This document shows, piece after piece, positions 28,868 through 38,587 of a stretch of 58,598 bases of DNA. The translations under genes and the position numbers were made by a program. Positions within the stretch are counted from its first letter, which is position 1. The number at the start of each line of letters is the position of its first letter. Source of the DNA: an uncultured Clostridiaceae bacterium (GTDB taxonomy: Bacteria > Bacillota_I > Bacilli_A > RFN20 > CAG-288). The stretch lies in NCBI GenBank assembly GCA_964427595.1, contig CAYRUQ010000006.1:1-58598 (forward strand), in the 5' to 3' direction. The notes beneath the pieces were generated by a model. The model was not told the origin of the DNA. It was given only the letters and a program-made list of their open reading frames with translations, and did not search any database.

Positions 28868-29350
28868 TCAGTTCTCCATTTCTCGATATTCTTTGATGAT
28901 CTGAGGGACTTCCGCTAAAGTCACCTTCGGATAGACTTTCCCGTTGATGCTGACAGCGGGAGCGATACCGCAAGCGCCTAAGCATCTGATTCCATCTAGG
29001 GAGAAGAGACCATCTTGAGTTGTCTGTCCTTGCTTGATCTTCAATAATTCACCAAATTTGTCGAGTACATTTTGTCCGCCTTTAACATAGCAAGCTGTAC
29101 CCATGCAGACATCGATGACATACTTTCCTTTGGGTTCGATTGAAAAGAAGTTGTAGAAAGTGACGACACCATAAATGTCAGATAAAGGGATGCCAGTTTT
29201 AGCTGAGATGATCTGTTGGACTTCTAAAGGGATGTAGCCGTACTCTCTTTGGACATCAGAGAGGATCAGCATCAGAGGTGAGGGCTCGTCTTTGTAGCGA
29301 TCACAAATCTCGATTATTATGGCAATGGCTTCCTGACGCAGATTGATCAT
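28868..29350 (-). CDS. hydC: 2Fe-2S subunit of [FeFe] hydrogenase (HydC/HndA, NuoE-like)
   Basis: YGVVTFY..F, CMGTACYVKG, CLGACGIAP; AGGAGG RBS. Confidence 0.95.
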   Translation of the reverse strand: MINLRQEAIAIIIEICDRYKDEPSPLMLILSDVQREYGYIPLEVQQIISAKTGIPLSDIYGVVTFYNFFSIEPKGKYVIDVCMGTACYVKGGQNVLDKFGELLKIKQGQTTQDGLFSLDGIRCLGACGIAPAVSINGKVYPKVTLAEVPQIIKEYREMEN

Positions 29351-29445
29351 TGATTGGAAACCTCCTTCCTTAATAATAATTATTCTTCCAAGAAATTAGT
29401 TTATATATAGAAAGTGTAATAAGAAAGTGCTTTTTTCTTCAAAAT

Positions 29446-29461
29446 GTTAACTAAAATTAAC
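29446..29461. promoter_or_regulatory. Palindrome GTTAAC-TAAA-ATTAAC upstream of the hydrogenase operon
   Basis: 14/16 identical to the 13347-13362 site; lies just upstream of a possible TTGAAG-18-TACACT promoter on the - strand. Confidence 0.5.
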
Positions 29462-29561
29462 AATATTGCTGTATTTTTTGCTTATTAAAGAACGAAAAAA
29501 CAAATAAATGCACAAAATGAGATAAAAATTGCAATTTGTAAAGAACAAGAATATCTGAAAA

Positions 29562-30875
29562 TTACTGATCTATTTTTGTCTTGCTTCGTTTGATCTTTTC
29601 CCACTTAGGTTTGCTGATGATACCTTTGACGATGGCGACAGCATTGATGAGCATGAAAGTAGGGAAAAGAAGGATTGAGATATACATCGTCTTCTTATTT
29701 TTGATGATCAGACGTTTTCTCTCAGCGATATAAGAGACTAGTGGTTGTATCCAAAACGGGATGAAATAAACAATTAGTATGACTATCACAACAAAGAGTA
29801 TGAACCATGTTAAAGAAAAAGAACCGAGACCATAGATATAAATCGGGCCATTTAAAGCTGTCCAAATGAAGTTGTAAATGTAGTAAAGAGGAAACCAAGC
29901 TATCGCTAAGAAAGCTGTCGGGATAGTAGCGATATTGCAGTACTGATCAAGGAAAGTGAGTTTGGTCCCTAAATCCATATCCTTCCTGAAGAGATTTTTG
30001 AAGAAAGCAGGTAAAAGCTTGATACCAGTCTTCCAGAAGAGACGGTTGAGTCCGTTTCCCATTCTGGTGTTTCTCTTGAAGATATCATCTAAAGTAGCTG
30101 GTTGATCAGCATAGACGATAGCTTTATCGATAAACTCGACTTTGATGTTATCTTTCAGAAGTCTATTGATCGTAAACTCGATATCCTCACTAGCGGAAAA
30201 GGCATCCCAATTAAAAGCTAAATCAGCTCTAATAAGAGATGAACATCCGTTCATGACACAACCGAAATTCAAAGCAGAGCGACCACGGCAAGCGAAACGA
30301 TCATCTCTGATGTACCAGAGACTAGACATACAAGAGAGGATGTTGTCGGTCATATTCTTACTATTTTCAAAAGTGCGACCGACTAAAACACCAGCATCGA
30401 CAGCATCATTACAAGCGTTTAGATAATTCTTATCTATCTGGTTATCTGCATCGATTGAAAGGAAGAACTCGTGAGTACCTTCAGGATCTTTCTTTAACTC
30501 TTGCATGCCATGATAGACATTCCAAGATAATTTCAAATGATCAGGATCAGTGTCGTGTATCTCGATGACTCTCGCTCCATGTTCTTTAGCTATCTCAGCT
30601 GTTCTATCGGTGCAGTTATGACAGAAGACAACGACTTTGTACATATCCTTTGGATAATCGACTTTGAAGCAGGAATCAACAGCATCTCCGATGACATCTT
30701 CTTCATCTTTTGCACGGATGACAATCGTAAATTCATGGTATTTCTTCGCCTTGGGATAAGAACGAGGCTTAAAAAAACACAAAAGCATAAACAGCAACTG
30801 AAAGAGAAAAACAGAACCGACAATGATGATGATAGCGATGTTTAACCACCAGACGATATTATTGAATAGTTCCAT
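29562..30875 (-). CDS. Family 2 glycosyltransferase, multi-TM (cellulose synthase-like)
   Basis: AKDEEDVI, NCTDRT, DADN (DxD), SEDIE; RxxRM in place of QxxRW; N- and C-terminal TMs. Confidence 0.88.
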   Translation of the reverse strand: MELFNNIVWWLNIAIIIIVGSVFLFQLLFMLLCFFKPRSYPKAKKYHEFTIVIRAKDEEDVIGDAVDSCFKVDYPKDMYKVVVFCHNCTDRTAEIAKEHGARVIEIHDTDPDHLKLSWNVYHGMQELKKDPEGTHEFFLSIDADNQIDKNYLNACNDAVDAGVLVGRTFENSKNMTDNILSCMSSLWYIRDDRFACRGRSALNFGCVMNGCSSLIRADLAFNWDAFSASEDIEFTINRLLKDNIKVEFIDKAIVYADQPATLDDIFKRNTRMGNGLNRLFWKTGIKLLPAFFKNLFRKDMDLGTKLTFLDQYCNIATIPTAFLAIAWFPLYYIYNFIWTALNGPIYIYGLGSFSLTWFILFVVIVILIVYFIPFWIQPLVSYIAERKRLIIKNKKTMYISILLFPTFMLINAVAIVKGIISKPKWEKIKRSKTKIDQ

Positions 30876-30883
30876 GTTATGCC

Positions 30884-31687
30884 TCAGTGTTGTTTGATTT
30901 TATCTAGGATATCAACCACTTCTAAATTGTGTTTACGACAGAAACTTAGAGCCATATAAACAGCAGCGTCATCCATCAATTGCTCAGGAGCATGAGCATC
31001 CATGCCGATCGTACATTTAGCTTGATACTTGCTCACTAGTGAGAAGAATTCATCAGTCGGATAAATGTATCTCTTTTTATTTCCAATCACTCTCTCACCA
31101 TGTCTTATACCAGCCACATTGACTTCTAAAGGGACATCATAAGCGATACAAGTTTCAATCAAATCTCTCGAGACCTTTTTACAATCGCTATCAAACTCAC
31201 TTATACCAGCCATGAAGTAATCAGGATGAGCGAAGATAGAGAACATACCTGAGGAGAGAGCTTTGATGGCTAAATCACGATAAAGGTAGAGTTCTGATGC
31301 ACTAGTGATATGTGAAAAATGAGCGTAGACTTCATGGTTATCTCTCATCGCAGAGTGATTTCCTAGAATCATGTAGTCCAAAACGCCATTGGCCAACAAT
31401 TCTTGATAGAAAGGAAAGTAACAAGGATAAGCTTCTGCTTCGATTCCAAGATAGATTTTGATTCTTCCCTCATACTTCTTTCTCAGTTCATTGATAGAAT
31501 TTGTGTAGTCATTAAAAAGAGAGTAATCCCCTCTTTTGTAAGGTTCACTATATCCAGGAAGCATAGCATGATCCGAGAAACCTAGATAGCGATAACCAGC
31601 TCCTAAGGCTTCTAAGACGTAACTTTCATCCTCACCGGTAGCATGACCACAGCGCTTGGTGTGGGTGTGATAATTAGCACTTAACAT
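30884..31687 (-). CDS. PHP-family phosphatase (histidinol-phosphatase HisJ/HisK-like)
   Basis: NYHTHTKRCGHA, GFSDH, GIE, LGNH, AHPDY, EVN, DAH. Confidence 0.88.
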   Translation of the reverse strand: MLSANYHTHTKRCGHATGEDESYVLEALGAGYRYLGFSDHAMLPGYSEPYKRGDYSLFNDYTNSINELRKKYEGRIKIYLGIEAEAYPCYFPFYQELLANGVLDYMILGNHSAMRDNHEVYAHFSHITSASELYLYRDLAIKALSSGMFSIFAHPDYFMAGISEFDSDCKKVSRDLIETCIAYDVPLEVNVAGIRHGERVIGNKKRYIYPTDEFFSLVSKYQAKCTIGMDAHAPEQLMDDAAVYMALSFCRKHNLEVVDILDKIKQH

Positions 31688-31772
31688 CTTTTGCAATAAT
31701 TCTTTTAATTTTAGTTGAAATTTCTAATAAAACAAACTTTCTATAGGTAAAGATTATGTATTTCATAAAAAA

Positions 31773-31845
31773 TGGGATTAAGCGGGTTCGAACCGCTGGC
31801 CTCTTCCGTGTGAAGGAAGCGCTCTCCCGACTGAGCTATAATCCC
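31773..31845 (-). tRNA. tRNA-Val (anticodon CAC), 3' CCA not encoded
   Basis: GGGATTA/TAATCCC acceptor stem, anticodon arm CTTCC-TTCACAC-GGAAG, GGTTCGAACC T-loop. Confidence 0.97.
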
Positions 31846-31857
31846 AAAAAGCTCTTA

Positions 31858-31886
31858 AGTCTAGCATTTTTGGCACTTACTTTCAA
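31858..31886 (-). promoter_or_regulatory. sigma-A promoter of tRNA-Val
   Basis: TTGAAA-17-TAGACT with TG extension. Confidence 0.65.
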
Positions 31887-32129
31887 GAATAGAAGACTTG
31901 TTGAGAAGTCAATTTCTTCATCAGTATATTTGTGCTTTATCATCGTGACTTTTGAATATAGATTTCTTGACTGTCACAACTAGTCTGATATAGCAAATTT
32001 ATAAATGAGAGAAAAAAGATTGCATTTATATAAGTTAGACTTTAAAATGTTTGTTTTTTCTTACAGCTGATTTTGAAAAATGCTATAATTTACCTGTAAA
32101 GACGAAAAAGTTTTAAAGAGGTCATTAGG

Positions 32130-32645
32130 TTGTTTGAATTAAACGAGAAAGTCGTCGATAAATCCGGCAGGATTTTTACTATCGTCGACGAAGAGTCAGC
32201 GAATTTCGGTGGCGGAGAGGGCAAATATTTTGTTCTCAAACCCTGTTTTGAGTATGACTTCAGCCCTGGCTATCAATGTTTCGTCCCTGTTGATAAAGCT
32301 GATAACCTCTTGAGAAAGACGATCAATGCTGACGAAGCTTTGGCTTTGATTGATAAATACAATTCCTTAGAGATTTATATCTCTAGAAATCCGAGAGAGA
32401 AGAAACTCTGCTTCCAACAAGTTCTCTCTTCTGGTGTCTTAATCGATATTTTGAAAGTTTATAAAACTCTTCTTTGTTCTAAACAAGAGAGATTGAAGAA
32501 CAATAAACCTTTCTCTGATTTTGATAGCCGACTTTTAAAAAACTTAAAGATTTTGTTTGTCTACGAGTTTTCAATCGCTCTCAGCATCCCTTCTGATCAG
32601 ATCGCTAGTTTCATCTCCACACGTATCGGTACTGACGTCTTCTAA
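32130..32645 (+). CDS. CarD-like transcription factor
   Basis: MF.LNEKVV...G.IFTI, YFVLKP, FVPVD....LR, D.R.L......L..E.SIAL pattern; TTG start after GAGG. Confidence 0.75.
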   Translation: MFELNEKVVDKSGRIFTIVDEESANFGGGEGKYFVLKPCFEYDFSPGYQCFVPVDKADNLLRKTINADEALALIDKYNSLEIYISRNPREKKLCFQQVLSSGVLIDILKVYKTLLCSKQERLKNNKPFSDFDSRLLKNLKILFVYEFSIALSIPSDQIASFISTRIGTDVF

Positions 32646-32996
32646 AAAGATTTTCTTCGTACTCTTGATAGTTTCAATGATTTGTTTCTTAGCTTTCGGG
32701 CTAAGATTTTTTATTTCTTCATAAATCTCGATCAAATACTTATCCATACAAGCTGTTGAAAGATAATCTAAAGTCTTTTGTTCAGCTTCAGAATTTTGAT
32801 TTGTTCTTCCTAAAAGGAAATCGACTGATACACCAAAATGATCCGCATACTTACAAAGAGCAGATAAAGTCGGCTCGATTCTACCCAGTTCATAATCAGA
32901 AATCGAATATTGCTTTATATCAAGTTTTTCTGATAATTCACCTTGAGTGAGATCCTCATTCTTACGAAGCATTCTTAAAGTGTCGTTCAGTCGCAT
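32571..32996 (-). CDS. XRE-family HTH transcriptional regulator
   Basis: LRMLRK...LTQGELSEKL....SISDYELGRIEP....L...A..FGVSVDFLLG. Confidence 0.92.
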   Translation of the reverse strand: MRLNDTLRMLRKNEDLTQGELSEKLDIKQYSISDYELGRIEPTLSALCKYADHFGVSVDFLLGRTNQNSEAEQKTLDYLSTACMDKYLIEIYEEIKNLSPKAKKQIIETIKSTKKIFLEDVSTDTCGDETSDLIRRDAESD

Positions 32997-33133
32997 TGCT
33001 TAATCCTCTTTTCAATAGGAAACATTATAAAACAAATTTACTAAAAACAAATTATTCGTTTTTAACACGATTTAATCTTCTCATCTTCGTTCTTTAATTG
33101 AAAAATATTTGATTAAAAGATAATCTTAAAAGC

Positions 33134-33979
33134 ATGAACAAACTCGAAGAGATCAACTGGTTTCCCGGCCATATGAAGAAAGCCTTAGACCACATCAAAG
33201 AGAGACTTAAGACCTGTGATGGTGTCATCGAGGTCGGAGATAGCAGAGCTCCAATCTCCTCTTTTCCGAGTTATCTTGACGCTCTCACTAAAGATAAGGC
33301 TCGTTTCTTCATCCTTTCCAAAGCTGATTTAGCTGATAAAGATGCTCTTTTAAAGCATGTAGAGGCTTATAAAGAGAAAGGAATCAGCGCTATATCTTTG
33401 AATTTGACTGACAAGAATTCGACGAAGATTCTCGTCAGAAAGCTAGAACAAATCAAAACTCAAAAAGATGAGAGATATATGAAACTCGGTTTTCCTATTC
33501 CAGAGAAGAGATTTTTGATCTTAGGTATACCTAATGTCGGAAAGTCAACTTTGATCAATAGTCTTGTCGGTAAGAAGAAAGCGCCGGTTGAAAATAGACC
33601 GGGGAAGACGAGAGCTGAGAGTTTAATCAGAGTATCTCCTTTAGTCGCTGTCATCGATTCTCCTGGTATTCTTGAACCTAATTATGAAGATAAGAATGTC
33701 ATCGTTAAGCTTGCACTATTAGGTTCTATCAAGACAGAGATACTCCCTTTGATCGCCTTGACTGATTATCTTCTCAACTATTTAAAAGAGCATTATTTTG
33801 ATAACTTGAAGAGGAGATATCCGATCTCTTTTGATGGTACTGAAGAAGAGATATTCCTTAATATCGCTGTTTATCGAAACTTCCTCTCTCAAAATAAACC
33901 GGATAGTTTAAGAGCGAGAAACACGCTTTTAAGAGAGTTTAGAGAAGGAGTTTTAGGAGGAGTTTCTTTAGATGAATGA
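33134..33979 (+). CDS. rbgA: Ribosome biogenesis GTPase RbgA/YlqF
   Basis: INWFPGHMKKA, DSRAP.SS, KADL, GIPNVGKSTLIN, PGKT, DSPG. Confidence 0.95.
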   Translation: MNKLEEINWFPGHMKKALDHIKERLKTCDGVIEVGDSRAPISSFPSYLDALTKDKARFFILSKADLADKDALLKHVEAYKEKGISAISLNLTDKNSTKILVRKLEQIKTQKDERYMKLGFPIPEKRFLILGIPNVGKSTLINSLVGKKKAPVENRPGKTRAESLIRVSPLVAVIDSPGILEPNYEDKNVIVKLALLGSIKTEILPLIALTDYLLNYLKEHYFDNLKRRYPISFDGTEEEIFLNIAVYRNFLSQNKPDSLRARNTLLREFREGVLGGVSLDE

Positions 33980-34613
33980 CCTTTTTCTCTTTGATCAGAA
34001 GATCAGAGAGAATGAGAAAGTCACTAATATCGCAGGTTTTGATGAAGCTGGAAGAGGGCCTCTAGCTGGTCCTTTAGCAGTGGCTGGTGTCGTTCTTCCC
34101 CCCAATTATCAAAATCCACAAATCAATGATTCTAAAAAGCTGACTGATAAAGAAAGACGTCTTTTATTTGAAGAGATAAAGAGAGTCGCTCTCGCTTATA
34201 AAGTTCTTTTAGTTCCTGTTTCTGTCATCGATTCAATCAATATCTTAGAAGCTGATAAAGATGGGATGAGAAGATGTCTTGACTCTATCAAAAAGAAAGT
34301 GGATGTCGAGTATATCATCACTGACTATGTCAACATCAAAACTAAAATCAAACTCCTAAGCATCGCTAAAGGAGATGCGACAAGTCTTGCAGTCGCTGCG
34401 GCTTCTATCTTAGCGAAAGTCACTAGAGATGATTACATGATCAAACTGGATAAGAAATATCCAGAGTATGATTTCAAGCATAACAAAGGCTATGGAACTA
34501 AAAAACATCTCTCTGCTTTAAAAGAACACGGCTATATAGAAGGTGTACATCGCCTCACTTTTCAGCCGGTCAAGAATATGGTTTTGGGAATCGAACAATT
34601 ATCTCTTTTTTAG
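33972..34613 (+). CDS. rnhB: Ribonuclease HII
   Basis: GFDEAGRGPLAGP, NDSKKL, KGD, AAASILAKVTRD, NKGYGT. Confidence 0.97.
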   Translation: MNDLFLFDQKIRENEKVTNIAGFDEAGRGPLAGPLAVAGVVLPPNYQNPQINDSKKLTDKERRLLFEEIKRVALAYKVLLVPVSVIDSINILEADKDGMRRCLDSIKKKVDVEYIITDYVNIKTKIKLLSIAKGDATSLAVAAASILAKVTRDDYMIKLDKKYPEYDFKHNKGYGTKKHLSALKEHGYIEGVHRLTFQPVKNMVLGIEQLSLF

Positions 34614-34657
34614 ACAAAGGAGCTTTCCTCTCTTAATGATAGTTGGAGGAAACTCAT

Positions 34658-35437
34658 ATGATTCTCAAAGCCGATGAAGTATTATTGATCATCTCTCATG
34701 AAGCTGAGGGTGATTGGAACAAGATGTATCAGACAGTTAAGGAGAAAAGACCGCTCAAGTCTGAGCTTTTAGAAGATATCAAAGCTAAGACATATTCGAA
34801 GTATACTTGTGTGACGGCGATTGACTTCCCTCATTGTTTCATGAGGATGAACATGCCACCTATACTTTTATATTATTATGGAAATCTCTCGTTATTAGAG
34901 ACTCCTTTGCTAGCTGTTGTCGGAAGCAGACATCCTGATGAATATCAAAAGAGGATGACTACTCTTCTTTTAGATGAATTCTTAGCTAAGACAGAGAATA
35001 AGTATGGAATCATATCAGGCTTAGCTAGAGGGATTGATCAAACGGCTATGGAAGTGGCGATGAAACATAATGCTCCACTAGTCGGTGTTCTTGGTTGTGG
35101 TATCGAGGAGTGTTATCCAGAAGAGAATCGACACATCTATGATTACTGCAAGATAAACGGTCTTCTTTTCTCTGAATATCCAGGTGAAGTAGAACCTTTA
35201 TCAGATCACTTTCCGATGAGAAACAGATTGATAGCTGCTGCTTGTAAGGCGATGTTCATCCCTTCGGGAACTAAGCGTTCAGGAACGGCTATTTCAGCTC
35301 GTATGGCTCTTGAAAATGGTAAGGAGGTTTTAGCTTTACCTGGTGACCTAGATAAACAAGATTTCTGTGATGGTCTCATTCATGATGGAGCTACTTGTGT
35401 CACCTCGGTTGATGATTTGATAGATGCGATGAAATGA
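34658..35437 (+). CDS. dprA: DNA-protecting protein DprA/Smf (short form)
   Basis: PP..LYY.G, AVVGSR, ISGLARGID, VLGCGI, SEYP, FPMRNRLIA, SGT..SA..AL..GKEV.ALPG. Confidence 0.93.
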   Translation: MILKADEVLLIISHEAEGDWNKMYQTVKEKRPLKSELLEDIKAKTYSKYTCVTAIDFPHCFMRMNMPPILLYYYGNLSLLETPLLAVVGSRHPDEYQKRMTTLLLDEFLAKTENKYGIISGLARGIDQTAMEVAMKHNAPLVGVLGCGIEECYPEENRHIYDYCKINGLLFSEYPGEVEPLSDHFPMRNRLIAAACKAMFIPSGTKRSGTAISARMALENGKEVLALPGDLDKQDFCDGLIHDGATCVTSVDDLIDAMK

Positions 35438-35529
35438 TGAGTAAAATTTTTTAGCTATGCTAATAGTTGGCCTTCCTTGACATGCTACGATGAAAAAATA
35501 ATATAATTTTGAGCTTGAGGAGGGCAGAT

Positions 35530-37662
35530 ATGAAATTAATCATCGTTGAGTCTCCCCACAAAAGCGTGACCATCTCTCGTTTTTTGGGTAAGGAATATAA
35601 GATAGTCGCCAGCAAAGGTCATATCAGAGATCTCGCTAGTAATGGAAAAATGGGTTTAGGCGTCGATGTTGAAAACAGCTTTAAACCTCGTTATATCGTT
35701 TCAAAAGATAAAGAAAGCGTCGTCAAGGAACTGAAGAGTTATGTCCAGAAGGCTGATGAAGTCTATCTAGCGACCGACCCTGATCGAGAAGGAGAGGCCA
35801 TCTCTTGGCATCTTGCTGATGTCTTAGGACTAGATCCTTTGACGACTAATAGACTCGAATTTCATGAAATCACTAAGCCGGCTGTTTTAAAAGCTTTAGA
35901 GAATCCTCGTCATATCGATCTTAAATTAGTTGAATCACAAGAGACTAGAAGAATCATCGATAGATTGATGGGATATCGTCTCTCTTATATCCTTCAAAAG
36001 AAGATCAAGTCACCATCAGCCGGTCGTGTACAGTCCGTCGTCTTGAAGTTCATAGTCGAGAGGGAAAGAGAGATTCAAGCTTTCGTCCCTAGTGAGTATT
36101 GGACGATCGATGGTCTTTTTAAGAATGCTACCGGAGATGAAATCGCTGCTGATTTAACATTGAAAAATGGCAAGTCTTTAAAGATTGAAACCTCAGAACA
36201 AGCTACTTCTATCATCAATGAATTAGAGAGTGCTACCTTCTTAGTTGATTCAATCAAGAAAGAGAAGAAGTTAAAAGAACCTAAACCTCCTTTCATCACT
36301 TCGACTTTACAACAGGAAGCTTATTCTCATTTCCACTTCTCAGTCAAAAAGACCTCCGCTATCGCTCAGAAGCTTTATGAAGGTGAAGAGATAAATGGTG
36401 AGAGAACAGGTTTGATCACTTATATGAGAACTGATTCAACCAGACTCTCTGATGAGTTTAAAGATATGGCTAAAGAGCACATCAAAAACACTTATGGAGA
36501 TGCTTATATCGGTCGTGCTCATATGCAGAAATCTAATAAGAATGTTCAAGATGCTCATGAAGCTATCAGACCTACCGATTTATCTTTAACTCCTGAAATT
36601 GTTAAGTCGTTCCTCTCTAAAGAAGAACATCTATTGTATTCGATGATTTATGCGAGAGCTATCGCTTCTTTGATGGCTCCTAAGTCTGATGAAGTCACCT
36701 CTGTCGTCATCAGCGCCGGTTCTTATGGTTTCACTACTTCTGCCAGCAAGGAACTCTTCAATGGTTATTATGCTGCGTATGGTCAGTATGAAGAAAATGA
36801 CTCTAAGAAGAAGCTTCCTAATCTTACAGAGGGTGAGAAACTCGATCTTCTTCAACTTCATGAACAACAGCACTTCACCAAGGCACCTGTCAGATATAAC
36901 GAAGGTAAAGTCGTCAAATTGATGCAGGAAAACGGCATCGGACGTCCTTCAACTTATGCGCCGACTGTCTCCACTCTTCTTTCAAGAAGCTATGTCTCTG
37001 CTGTTAAAGGCGCTCTTGTTCCGACTGAACAAGGCGATCTCACCGTCGATAAGTTAGAGGAATACTTCCCTAAATATATGGATGTCTCTTATACCGCTAA
37101 GATGGAAGATAGCCTTGATTCCATCAGCGATGGTAAGACTGATAAAGTCGCTCTTCTCAGCTCTTTCTGGGATGAGTTTACCAAGCTTTTTGCTAATGCT
37201 GATGAGAAGATGGAGAAGATTCCTCCTAAAGAAGTGGGAAGAACTTGTCCTGAATGCGGTTCTCCGTTAGTCGTCAGAAAAGGTAAATACGGAGAATTCA
37301 TCGGTTGCTCTGATTATCCCAAGTGTCATTACATCGAAAAAGAAGAGAAAGAAACCGTTGAAAGAACTTGCCCTGAGTGTGGCGCTCCTCTCGTCTTAAG
37401 AAAGAGTAAGAGAGGTGAGTTTGTCGGCTGTTCTAACTTCCCTAAATGTCGTCACATGGAAGATTTAAATGGTAATCCGTTAGTGAGTGAGAAGAAGGAG
37501 ATAGTCATCCCTGAGGATGCTCCTTTATGTCCAAGATGTAACACTGGACATCTCATCTCTAAGAAGAGCAGATATGGTAAGACCTTCATCGGTTGCTCAA
37601 ACTATCCTAAATGTCGCTATGTTCAAAAGGATGGGGCGACTGATGGAAAACAAGAGAAATAA
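35530..37662 (+). CDS. topA: DNA topoisomerase I with three C-terminal Zn ribbons
   Basis: IVESP.K, GHIRDL, ATDPDREGEAI, SAGRVQS, ITYMRTDS, QDAHEAIRPT, GIGRPSTY; CPECG repeats. Confidence 0.97.
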   Translation: MKLIIVESPHKSVTISRFLGKEYKIVASKGHIRDLASNGKMGLGVDVENSFKPRYIVSKDKESVVKELKSYVQKADEVYLATDPDREGEAISWHLADVLGLDPLTTNRLEFHEITKPAVLKALENPRHIDLKLVESQETRRIIDRLMGYRLSYILQKKIKSPSAGRVQSVVLKFIVEREREIQAFVPSEYWTIDGLFKNATGDEIAADLTLKNGKSLKIETSEQATSIINELESATFLVDSIKKEKKLKEPKPPFITSTLQQEAYSHFHFSVKKTSAIAQKLYEGEEINGERTGLITYMRTDSTRLSDEFKDMAKEHIKNTYGDAYIGRAHMQKSNKNVQDAHEAIRPTDLSLTPEIVKSFLSKEEHLLYSMIYARAIASLMAPKSDEVTSVVISAGSYGFTTSASKELFNGYYAAYGQYEENDSKKKLPNLTEGEKLDLLQLHEQQHFTKAPVRYNEGKVVKLMQENGIGRPSTYAPTVSTLLSRSYVSAVKGALVPTEQGDLTVDKLEEYFPKYMDVSYTAKMEDSLDSISDGKTDKVALLSSFWDEFTKLFANADEKMEKIPPKEVGRTCPECGSPLVVRKGKYGEFIGCSDYPKCHYIEKEEKETVERTCPECGAPLVLRKSKRGEFVGCSNFPKCRHMEDLNGNPLVSEKKEIVIPEDAPLCPRCNTGHLISKKSRYGKTFIGCSNYPKCRYVQKDGATDGKQEK

Positions 37663-38587
37663 TCGGATCAATTTAGTCGATGATTCTGATCTGATCGACT
37701 ATTTGAGATATCTTAAAAACGTCAAAGGATATTCGAAGATGACGCTTATTTCCTATGGAGAAGATATCGCTTCTTTTCTTCTCTTTTTAAAGGAAGCTAA
37801 GACTGATAAAGGCAGGGCTGATAAAGAGACAGTCCGCCTTTTTCTTTTGGATTTGAGAGCGAAAGAGATCTCTCATTCTTCAGTCAAACGTTATCTTTCT
37901 GCTTTGAAAGGCTTTTATAACTTTCTTTGTAAATACAAAGAGTATTCTGAAAATCCGTTTGAGAGTGTCGTCTCTCCTAAGAAAGAGAAGAAACTCCCTT
38001 CTTTTTTGACAGCTAGTGAGATGTTCGAGTTTTTAAATCTTAACGAGAAGAGAAGTGATGAATTGGCTAAAAGGGATCAAGCGATACTAGAGTTGATGTT
38101 TGCCTCGGGTCTAAGAGCTTCGGAAGTCATCTCTTGTCGCACCCAAGATTTTGATTTTTCCGAGAGAACTTTAAGAATCATCGGAAAAGGTGATAAAGAA
38201 AGAATCGTTCCTTTCAGTAGAAAAGCGAAAGATAGCATTTTGCTTTATATAAAAGAAAGCAGAGTTAAATTTCCTAACTTTGATAAAACCGATATCCTCT
38301 TTTTAAATAAGAGAGGAGAAGCTTTGACAGAAAGAGGACTCGAACACATCATTTCTCAATGTGGGGAGAAATCAGGTTTCTCTTTGAAAGTTCATCCGCA
38401 TATGCTAAGACACACCTTCGCTACATTCATGTTAAATGGTGGTATGGATATCAGAGTCTTACAAGAGTTATTAGGACATGCATCAGTCTCAACGACAGCT
38501 ATTTATACACACATATCTCTAGAAGATTTAAAGAAGACTTATGATGAGTGTTTTCCAGATATCATCAAGAAGGAGAAAAGCATATGA
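37643..38587 (+). CDS. xerC: Chromosomal tyrosine recombinase XerC/CodV
   Basis: GLRASE, GKGDKER, HPHMLRHTFAT, LLGH....T.IYTH; conserved position after topA. Confidence 0.9.
   Translation: MENKRNNRINLVDDSDLIDYLRYLKNVKGYSKMTLISYGEDIASFLLFLKEAKTDKGRADKETVRLFLLDLRAKEISHSSVKRYLSALKGFYNFLCKYKEYSENPFESVVSPKKEKKLPSFLTASEMFEFLNLNEKRSDELAKRDQAILELMFASGLRASEVISCRTQDFDFSERTLRIIGKGDKERIVPFSRKAKDSILLYIKESRVKFPNFDKTDILFLNKRGEALTERGLEHIISQCGEKSGFSLKVHPHMLRHTFATFMLNGGMDIRVLQELLGHASVSTTAIYTHISLEDLKKTYDECFPDIIKKEKSI

Noticed and set aside
29445-29463. Rex operator upstream of the hydrogenase
   Set aside because: Half-sites TGTTAA/TTAACA are 6 bp apart, whereas Rex boxes have a 4-bp spacer; kept only as an alternative
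31756-31983. 75-aa ORF on the + strand
   Set aside because: Antisense to tRNA-Val and its promoter; no recognisable protein features
37240-37620. Repeated AGAACTTG(T/C)CCTGA(A/G)TG segments in topA
   Set aside because: Explained by the tandem Zn-ribbon domains of topoisomerase I
37643-38587. Tyrosine recombinase as a prophage or ICE integrase
   Set aside because: It sits at the conserved topA-xerC position with host codon usage; no phage or conjugation genes or att repeats nearby
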